59,215 bases of DNA, taken from an uncultured Planctomycetaceae bacterium. GTDB lineage: Bacteria; Planctomycetota; Phycisphaerae; SM23-33. A program made the translations under genes and the position numbers. The stretch covers positions 1 to 59,215 of the forward strand of contig CAYUYH010000001.1 in the NCBI GenBank assembly GCA_964449175.1. The letters run 5' to 3'. Of the stretch, positions 38,756 through 46,029 are shown in pieces. Below the pieces are notes generated by a model, which worked only from the letters and a program-made list of their open reading frames with translations, was not told the DNA's origin and did not search any database. Every line of letters begins with the position of its first letter. The stretch's first letter is position 1.

Positions 38756-39826
38756 CTAGCGCCCGTTGGAGTCCCATGGCCTCACGACCACCTTCAGCCC
38801 TTTCTGCGTCTGGACGGTCTCAAACGCCTCGGCGATTCGCTCCAGGCCGAAGCGATGCGTGATCAGGGAGTCAACCTGGATCCGCCCGGAGGCGATCATG
38901 CTGACGGCCAGCGTGTGCTGCGTCGGCGTCGAGCCGTGCGAGCCCGTGGCCGACGCCTCCCGATAGTGCAGCGTGTTGGAGTGCAGCGAGATGTCGCGGG
39001 CATCGCCGGCCAGCCCGCCGAAGAAGTTCACCACGCCGCGCTTGGCGACGACCTCGACGGCCTGCTCCTGCGCCTCGGGGCTTGAGCACGCCGTCAGGAT
39101 CACGTCGAAGCCCTCCCGCTCCTTCGCCACTTGCTCGTCGATCTGCTTGAGCGTGACCTCGCGCCCGTCGAATACGTTGCCCAGGCCCAGTTCCCGCGCC
39201 AGGCGGATGCGGTGCTCGCTGCGGTCGACCAGCGCCACCAGCGACGCCCCGAACGCCTCGGCCGAGCGGGCCAGCAGCATCCCCACGGGCCCGGCGCCGA
39301 TGATGAGCACCGTCTTGCCCGGCGCCATCGCCGCCCGCTCCAGGCCGTTGATGCAGCAGGCCAGCGGCTCGGCGAGCGTGGCCGAGTCGTAGGAGACGTG
39401 CTCCGGGATCGTCGCGACCGGTCCGAACCGCACCGTCAACTCGTTCAGCAGGCAGTACTGGGCGAATCCGCCGGGGAACTGATAGCCGATCGCGTAGTTG
39501 ATGTCGCAGAGGTTCGCCAGCCCGCGCTTGCTCCACTCGTCGGCCATGCTCGGCACGTCCGCGCCGAGGGCGACGCGCCGGCCGGGGCGGAGCCGCTCGA
39601 CGCCCGGCCCCACCTCGACCACCTCGCCGGCTATCTCGTGCCCGATGATGGCCGGATACTTCACCCGGTCGTTGCCGGAGTTGAATATCCGCACGTCCGA
39701 CCCGCACACCGAGCACGCGTGGACCTTGACCAGCACCTCGCCGGCGGCCGGGGCCGCGACCTCCGCGCTCTCGACGCGGATGTCTCCGATGCCGTGCAGG
39801 CGCGCGCATTTCATGGTCCGGCCCAT
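38756..39826 (-). CDS. Zn-dependent medium-chain dehydrogenase/reductase (sorbitol/threonine dehydrogenase-like)
   Basis: ACSVCGSDVRIF...IIGHEIAGEVVEVG and IIGAGPVGMLLA. GGAGGT lies 5 nt upstream of the ATG at 39826. Confidence 0.8.
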   Translation of the reverse strand: MGRTMKCARLHGIGDIRVESAEVAAPAAGEVLVKVHACSVCGSDVRIFNSGNDRVKYPAIIGHEIAGEVVEVGPGVERLRPGRRVALGADVPSMADEWSKRGLANLCDINYAIGYQFPGGFAQYCLLNELTVRFGPVATIPEHVSYDSATLAEPLACCINGLERAAMAPGKTVLIIGAGPVGMLLARSAEAFGASLVALVDRSEHRIRLARELGLGNVFDGREVTLKQIDEQVAKEREGFDVILTACSSPEAQEQAVEVVAKRGVVNFFGGLAGDARDISLHSNTLHYREASATGSHGSTPTQHTLAVSMIASGRIQVDSLITHRFGLERIAEAFETVQTQKGLKVVVRPWDSNGR

Positions 39827-39828
39827 CG

Positions 39829-41799
39829 CTACCTCCGCGAGTCGCCTTCGGACAAGTGGATCAGTGTGTACCGGCCTGCTTCCTGCCGCCGGAAGCCGGC
39901 GAGCGCGTCCGGCACGCTGCCCCGCACGAGAACGGCCTCGACGGGGTTGCGGCGGAGCAGCTCGTCCAGCGTCGCGCTGCCGTGAAGCTCGCGGGCCTTG
40001 CGGACAAGCTCGTCCAGCTCCTCAGCCGTCAGCCGCTTCTTGTGATTCAGCAGCCAATACCCAAGCCCGTTGGCCATCATCCCGTCGGTGACGACAACGT
40101 CCTTGTTCTCGTAACTGTTCAGCGCGTCGAATCGCGCGGTCGGTCTCAGGAAGTCCGTCAGGCGCCGCTCATCCCAGCCGAACAGCTTGGCGTAGAGGAC
40201 GATGCGGTCGAGGATGGCGTCCTCGTCGATGAAGTTGCCGAATGCGCTGGGCAGCAGCGTGGCCCTGGCCGTGATCGCCGGCGAGAGGAGATTGGCCGCG
40301 ATGCTCTCGTAGGCGACCAGCCCGGCGGCGCTGACATCCGACCGCTCAACGGCGTCGATCTGTGCCATAACCTCGCGCATGGCAGATGGAACTGCCTTCT
40401 CGTGCCTGCGGAAGATGTGCACGTCCGTCAGGACGATGTACGCCGACAGCAGGCAGACGCCGATCACCACGTACACGACGCGGTAGCGGTGGATGTATCG
40501 CCGCAGCAGGTCCGGCAGCGTCTGGTGCAGCACTCGCCACGGCCTGGATCTCCTGGCGGAGACGTGCTTGGCCGGCAGGCTGATGAAGTACAGGAACGGA
40601 ATGAAGTAGAAGAACCTGAACACGATGTTCGAGATTCGATGGAAGTACAGCTCGGGGTTCACCCGCTGGCCGGCTACAAGGTGGATGCTGCCTATGAGCA
40701 GGTCCACGATCAGGGCCAGGAACACGGGCATGCATCGCCCGAACAGTTCGTAGTAGTCGCCCTGGAACAGGAAAAAGCTCACCGCGAGAAGCGCGATCGG
40801 CAGGCCGTAGCCGAACATCGCGCCCCAGTCGCTGGTGGTGACGGCCCCGGCGGCCGGCGCGAACAGCTTGTCGGACATCTGCCTGCCGAGCGGGCTGGCA
40901 GCCGCCGCGTAGCATGGCGCGCCGAGCAGGATGCAGACGCCCAGGAATACGGCGATCGAGCCGACGATCGCGCCGAAGTGGTAGCGGCGGTCGGTCATGC
41001 GACGGGCGTAGATGATCCACAACACGAAGAACAGCGCCCCGGCCACAAAGTTGAAGAAGTAGACATACACCTGAAGCGCCCACACGACGCTGAGGAAGAA
41101 CAGCCTCCCAGGCGTCAGGCGGAAGTGCCGCAGCGTCAGGTACAGCGGAATCAGGAACAGTACCAGCGAGATGCTCGGAAACGGGACTCGGGCGGCCTCC
41201 GGCAGTGTGGGGCTCAGGAACGAGCCACCCTGTCCGTTGGCTGATGCGAAGAGCGAGGCGAGGCCCTCGACGTAGTGGAAGCCGGAGAAATACGTCACGC
41301 CGAAAAACGCCAGCAGCACCGCCCAGGTCTTCGAGACGTATCGCTTGAACAGGTGATAGATCAGCCAGAAGATCAGCACCGGCAGGACCCCGTGGGCGAT
41401 CAGCAGGAAGGCGTCGACGTTGCCCAGTGCACAGACCTTCAGGACCACGCCCTCCAGCGAGAACGTGATCCACGGGAACACGGACACCGCCGAGAGTGTC
41501 TTGTCGTATGTCGGGGCGACGGGGAAGAGGTTCTCCGGTGAGAACGCCTGTGCGAACGGCGTGTAGATTACCACCTCTTCCCAGCGCTGGACGGGCACGC
41601 CGACGGCGCCGTACAGGTGAGGCCAGTCGCTCAGGCCAAGGACCAGCACATCGCTCAGGGCGAACAGCGCTAGGACGAGCACGGTCATCAGAATTCGCAC
41701 CGGCCAGGACAGCCGCTCGCTGTGCAGCGACGCGGGAAGGAACAGATACGAGAGGAACCCCGACAGCGTCGACCTGGTGTCTTGTGCAGGATCGCTCAC
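39829..41799 (-). CDS. Large polytopic membrane protein (about 14 hydrophobic segments) with a soluble C-terminal domain; possible GT-C transferase/polymerase
   Basis: 656 aa. Hydrophobicity pattern only; no motif I can name. Confidence 0.3.
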   Translation of the reverse strand: MSDPAQDTRSTLSGFLSYLFLPASLHSERLSWPVRILMTVLVLALFALSDVLVLGLSDWPHLYGAVGVPVQRWEEVVIYTPFAQAFSPENLFPVAPTYDKTLSAVSVFPWITFSLEGVVLKVCALGNVDAFLLIAHGVLPVLIFWLIYHLFKRYVSKTWAVLLAFFGVTYFSGFHYVEGLASLFASANGQGGSFLSPTLPEAARVPFPSISLVLFLIPLYLTLRHFRLTPGRLFFLSVVWALQVYVYFFNFVAGALFFVLWIIYARRMTDRRYHFGAIVGSIAVFLGVCILLGAPCYAAAASPLGRQMSDKLFAPAAGAVTTSDWGAMFGYGLPIALLAVSFFLFQGDYYELFGRCMPVFLALIVDLLIGSIHLVAGQRVNPELYFHRISNIVFRFFYFIPFLYFISLPAKHVSARRSRPWRVLHQTLPDLLRRYIHRYRVVYVVIGVCLLSAYIVLTDVHIFRRHEKAVPSAMREVMAQIDAVERSDVSAAGLVAYESIAANLLSPAITARATLLPSAFGNFIDEDAILDRIVLYAKLFGWDERRLTDFLRPTARFDALNSYENKDVVVTDGMMANGLGYWLLNHKKRLTAEELDELVRKARELHGSATLDELLRRNPVEAVLVRGSVPDALAGFRRQEAGRYTLIHLSEGDSRR

Positions 41800-41957
41800 C
41801 GCGGCTGGCCCCTCCCTTCCCGCGCCGCCGTGGCGGCGCAGCCAGTCCGCCCCGCGTCGGCGAGCGGCGGAATCACGCCGATCAGACGACTGACAGCGAT
41901 GCTGTTGGCAAGGCCTTCCATGGCAGGCGACGGTGATACGGCGACACCTGGTCCTGG

Positions 41958-43559
41958 CTAGCGGTTTCCTACCTGTTCCGTGCTGACGCCTTGATATGTC
42001 CGCCGGGCGACCGGCTCAAACGAACAGGCCAGGCCGGCGAATCCGTCGAACCGCTGCTTCTCCTGCACGACAACGTAGATCATGCCGCAGCGGATGTCAA
42101 TCGGCACGTCCTCGGCCGGTTCCTTCTCGGCGATGCCAAGGTCCAGGAAGTAGTCGCCCCAGTGGACGTCGAGCGTGACCGTCAGCTTTCCGATGACGAT
42201 CTCGCCGGCGTCGGCCGGGGCCAGCTCGACGTCGAGAAGCCGCGTGTTCATGCCGAAAACCATCACGCCGTCGACCGTCTTGACGGCCAGGCCGAACATC
42301 GGACGCTCGATCCGCTGCTTGACGCGCGCCTTGATGTAGATGTCCAGCGTGTCTCCGCTGTAGACGGCCGGCGGATCGCACCTGTCGCCGCAGGTGATCA
42401 TGCAGTCGACGATCTCCGCGCGGCGATCGCCGAATCGGTGCTCGTTCTTGTTGTATGCGCCGCGCTGGGGGCACATGTCCATCTCCGGCACGTGGCGGAC
42501 GAACTGCTCCACGGCGTCCTGGGCCCTGTCGCCGGCCCTGGCCGTCTCGTAGACGCCCGCCGTCGCGGTATCGTCCCAGGCTGCTGCCTCGGGCACGAGC
42601 TCATCGACCGCCTGTAGCACGCCCTCCTCGGACGGGGCGATCGCGCACAGGCGGTCGCTCTGGTAGCGGCTGAGGATCGAGTCCGGGATCGCGTCCAGGT
42701 CAATCGGCCCCAGTGCCCGGGCCAGCGCGAAGAAGCGCCGGCCGAACCTGATGATGTTGAACCCCTTGTAGCCCTCGATGAGGATTTCGGGGTAAGGGAC
42801 GTACCCGTCGATCTTGCCGGTGAACAGCAGCTCGTAATAGCAGTTGGCCACGTGGTTCGGCTCGCCGCGTTCGAGCACCTTGCCGTGGTCCAGGAGGATC
42901 GCGTGGCTGCAATACTTTACGATCGCGTTGGTGTCGTGGCTGACGAAGAGGATGGTCTTGCCCATCCGCTGGAATTCGAGGAACTTCTGGAAGCATTTGT
43001 GCTGGAACTTCGCGTCGCCGACGGACAGCGCCTCGTCTATCACGAGGATGTCGGCGTCGACGTGGATGGCCGCGCTGAACGCCAGGCGGACGTACATGCC
43101 GGATGAGTAGGTCTTCACTGGCTGGGATACGAAGTCCCCGATGTCGGCGAAGGCCTCGACCCGCGGCAGGCGGCGCGTTATCTCCTTTTCCGACAGGCCC
43201 TTGAGTCGGCCGTTGAAGATGACGTTCTCCCTGCCGGTCAGCTCGGGGTTGAATCCGGTCCCCAGCTCCAGCAGCGAGGAGACCGACCCGGCCACCTCCG
43301 CCGTGCCGTTCGTGGGGCGCAGAATGCCGCAGATGATCGCCAGCAGCGTGCTCTTGCCGCTGCCGTTCGGGCCGATGATGCCGACCGTGGCCCCCTTGCG
43401 AACGTCGAAGCTGACGTCCTTCAACGCCCAGAACGTGCGATGATACCTCTTGCGCAGAGGATGTATCGCCTCGAGGAGGCGGTGCCTGTGGGAGGCGAAC
43501 AGGCGGTATGCCCTGGAGACTCCGCACACGCGAATGGCTGTAGCTGTCCCGTCGGCCAT
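41958..43559 (-). CDS. wzt: Polysaccharide ABC exporter ATPase (Wzt) with an inserted 'GFNII' module and a C-terminal Wzt_C-like carbohydrate-binding domain
   Basis: Walker A GPNGSGKST, signature YSSGMYVRLAFS, Walker B ILVIDEALSVGD. The C-terminal part (HRFGDRRAEIVDCMI... onward) is beta-rich, as in Wzt_C. True start is the ATG at 43559 (MADGT...); the ORF-track extension to 43865 is rejected. Confidence 0.85.
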   Translation of the reverse strand: MADGTATAIRVCGVSRAYRLFASHRHRLLEAIHPLRKRYHRTFWALKDVSFDVRKGATVGIIGPNGSGKSTLLAIICGILRPTNGTAEVAGSVSSLLELGTGFNPELTGRENVIFNGRLKGLSEKEITRRLPRVEAFADIGDFVSQPVKTYSSGMYVRLAFSAAIHVDADILVIDEALSVGDAKFQHKCFQKFLEFQRMGKTILFVSHDTNAIVKYCSHAILLDHGKVLERGEPNHVANCYYELLFTGKIDGYVPYPEILIEGYKGFNIIRFGRRFFALARALGPIDLDAIPDSILSRYQSDRLCAIAPSEEGVLQAVDELVPEAAAWDDTATAGVYETARAGDRAQDAVEQFVRHVPEMDMCPQRGAYNKNEHRFGDRRAEIVDCMITCGDRCDPPAVYSGDTLDIYIKARVKQRIERPMFGLAVKTVDGVMVFGMNTRLLDVELAPADAGEIVIGKLTVTLDVHWGDYFLDLGIAEKEPAEDVPIDIRCGMIYVVVQEKQRFDGFAGLACSFEPVARRTYQGVSTEQVGNR

Positions 43560-43886
43560 TGTTCGCACCACGCCCCGACAGCGGAAAGCCAAACCGCAGG
43601 CGGAAAGGACTCCCTCAGTGCCGGCCTGGACCGCCATGCCGCCGATCCGGCCACGTCGCCCCATCGCGCCGCACGCGGGCGCTTCGCAGCAGCCCCCGTC
43701 GCCACCGGACCCGTGCCCCATGCACAGCGTCCCTGCTGCAAGGGCAAGGCCAGTTCCTCGTCCGAACTGGCGCTGTCTGCCCGTCGGAGTCATTTCCCAG
43801 CGAGCCAGCGAGTGCATTATATCTGGCCTGGCCAGACGATCAACGGCCAACTGGGATTCGCCCACAAAATCGTTGACAGGCGGGCG

Positions 43887-43918
43887 CCGAGTAGACTAGC
43901 GTGCTTGTGTCTACTCGG
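43887..43918. promoter_or_regulatory. Perfect 10-bp inverted repeat (candidate operator) in the divergent wzt / E1-alpha intergenic region
   Basis: CCGAGTAGAC-12 nt-GTCTACTCGG, starting 8 nt downstream of a TTGACA hexamer at 43873..43878. Confidence 0.3.
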
Positions 43919-44000
43919 GGCAGCATGCGTTGGGAGCGTCGAAAACGGCGCCGCGGGCTTGACGAGGGCCCGGGGGATGCTCCTACGCGCCAAGGATGGT

Positions 44001-44930
44001 ATGGACATGATCACTGAGGATCGGCTCTACAGGGCAGTCTCCCTCATTCGGCACGCCGAGCAGAAGATCCTCGATGTCTACACCTCGGACGTGATGCAGT
44101 GCCCGGTGCATCTGAGCGTCGGGCAGGAGTCCATCGCCGCCGCCCTGTGCGCCCATCTGACCAGCGACGACCCGAAGGTCGGCACGCACCGGTCGCACGC
44201 GCTGTACCTGGCCAACGGCGGGGACTTGACGGCCTTCTTCGGCGAGCTGCTGGGCCGGCGTTGCGGGTGCAGCGGGGGCTTCGGCGGGTCGATGCACGTC
44301 GTCGACACGCGCAACGGCCTGATGGGCACAACCAGCATCGTCGGCGGGGCGCTGCCCATCGCGGTCGGACTGGCCATGAGCATCGCCCGGCCCCAGGTGT
44401 CAGCCGTGCTGTTCGGCGACGGCGCCGCCGACCAGGGCATCTTTGCCGAGAGCCTCAACTTCGCCCAGCTTCACAAGCTGCCTGTGATCTTCATCTGCGA
44501 GAACAACCGCTACAGCGTCTACACGCCCGACCGCGTGCGCCGGGCGGTCAAGCCGTCCGCCATCGCTCGGGCCTTCGGCATCGAGACAATCGAGGCGCCC
44601 ATTGAGCTGGCCAGCGACGTCTTCGCCCTCCATGAGATGCTCGCCGAGCCGATCGCCGCCGTCCGCGCGGGCGCCGGCCCGCTGTTCGCAGAATGCCGCA
44701 CCATCCGCAGATACGACCATAACGGCGTGCGCGACGACATCGCCGCCGGATTCCGCGACGCCGCCGAGGCCGAGCTGTTCGAGAAGTACTGCCCGATGAA
44801 GGTCGCCCGCAGCCGGTTCGACGCCGCCAAGGCCGACGCCATCGACGAGGATGTACGTCGCCTGGTCGAGGCCGCCTACGAGGAGGCACTGAAGTCCGAG
44901 GAAACCGTGCTGGCTTATCAGCACACGTGA
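44001..44930 (+). CDS. Thiamine-diphosphate-dependent dehydrogenase E1 component, alpha subunit-like
   Basis: TPP motif GDGAADQGIFAESLNFAQLHKLPVIFICENN. Start is ambiguous (43977/44001/44007). Confidence 0.8.
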   Translation: MDMITEDRLYRAVSLIRHAEQKILDVYTSDVMQCPVHLSVGQESIAAALCAHLTSDDPKVGTHRSHALYLANGGDLTAFFGELLGRRCGCSGGFGGSMHVVDTRNGLMGTTSIVGGALPIAVGLAMSIARPQVSAVLFGDGAADQGIFAESLNFAQLHKLPVIFICENNRYSVYTPDRVRRAVKPSAIARAFGIETIEAPIELASDVFALHEMLAEPIAAVRAGAGPLFAECRTIRRYDHNGVRDDIAAGFRDAAEAELFEKYCPMKVARSRFDAAKADAIDEDVRRLVEAAYEEALKSEETVLAYQHT

Positions 44931-44960
44931 TGCGGGACTGACGAAAGGCCGCCAGACGAC

Positions 44961-46004
44961 ATGAGCAACTGGGGTACAACGCCGAAGCTGCCGGAGATGC
45001 TCGATCAGGGCACGCGGGCGCTGTCCTATCAGCAGGCTATTGCCGAGGCGATGCGCCAGGCACTGGAGATTGACGAGCGCGTCCGCGTGTTCGGCGAGGG
45101 CGCGACTGACAAGGCCGGCACATACGGCACGACCAGGGACCTGCACGTCGAGTTCGGCCAGACCAGAGTCTTCGACGTCCCCACCGCGGAGGGCATCATC
45201 ACCGGCCTGGGCATCGGCATGGCGCTGGGCGGGCTTAGGCCGATCGTCATCCACCCCCGCAACGACTTCCTGCTGGTCGGCCTGGACCAGATAGCCAACC
45301 ACGCGGCCAAGTGGGCGCTGATGTTCGGCGAGCGAGCCCTCGTGCCTGTCGCCATTCGGACGGTCGCCTGCCGCGGCTGGGGCTCAGCCGCCCAGCACTC
45401 CCAGGCGTTGCACGCGGTCCTCGCACACTTCCCCGGGCTGGAGGTGGCCGTGCCGTTCACCCCCGCCGACGCCAAGGGAATGCTGCTATACGCCGCCACG
45501 CGGGCGAACGGGCCGGTTATCATCATGGAACACAAGTGGTTATGGAAACTGACCGGCCACGTCACGCCCGAGCCGTACACGCTGGGCCCCGGTCAGCCGC
45601 AGGTCATCCGCCCCGGCAGCGACCTGACCATCGCCGCGATCAGCTACGGCGTCGCCGAGGCGATGCTGGCCGCGACGAAGCTGGCCGACGAGCACGGCAT
45701 CTCGGCCGAGGTCATCGACATCCGCTGGCTGCGGCCGCTCGACGTCATGCCGATCTGCCGGTCCGTCGCCGCCACCAGGGGCCTGGTCGTCGTGGACACC
45801 GGGCACGTGCAGTACGGCATCGGCGGCGAGGTGATCGCCCAGGTCGCCGAGCGCGTCTCGCCGGGCGCCTTCCAGATGCCCCCCAGGCGCATCGGCATGC
45901 CGGACACGCCCGTCCCGGCCTGTAGCGAATCGACATACTACCCCGGCGTCGACGACATCGTCGCGTCGGCATTGTGCGTCGCCAACGGCGCCAAGGTCAC
46001 TTGA
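44961..46004 (+). CDS. E1 component beta subunit-like (transketolase pyrimidine-binding + C-terminal domains)
   Basis: LSYQQAIAEAMRQALEIDERVRVFGEG...VFDVPTAEGIITGLGIGMALGGLRPIV. Confidence 0.8.
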   Translation: MSNWGTTPKLPEMLDQGTRALSYQQAIAEAMRQALEIDERVRVFGEGATDKAGTYGTTRDLHVEFGQTRVFDVPTAEGIITGLGIGMALGGLRPIVIHPRNDFLLVGLDQIANHAAKWALMFGERALVPVAIRTVACRGWGSAAQHSQALHAVLAHFPGLEVAVPFTPADAKGMLLYAATRANGPVIIMEHKWLWKLTGHVTPEPYTLGPGQPQVIRPGSDLTIAAISYGVAEAMLAATKLADEHGISAEVIDIRWLRPLDVMPICRSVAATRGLVVVDTGHVQYGIGGEVIAQVAERVSPGAFQMPPRRIGMPDTPVPACSESTYYPGVDDIVASALCVANGAKVT

Positions 46005-46029
46005 AGGGAACACTTCGGCAGGGAGCGAC

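Noticed and set aside
43560-43865. 102-aa N-terminal extension of the Wzt ORF, and the similar upstream extensions of ORFs 2305..3936, 43440..44930, 47858..49771, 22434..23594 and 6520..7524.
   Set aside because: The extensions are low-complexity or out-of-frame reads of the neighbouring gene. The conserved domains start at internal start codons, which usually overlap the upstream stop codon or carry a Shine-Dalgarno sequence.
44001-46004. E1 alpha/beta read as a housekeeping pyruvate, branched-chain keto-acid or acetoin dehydrogenase.
   Set aside because: There is no lipoyl-E2 or E3 gene adjacent, and the pair is embedded between wzt and the rSAM/GT genes. A sugar-modifying role is more parsimonious, although it is unproven (see the corresponding finding).
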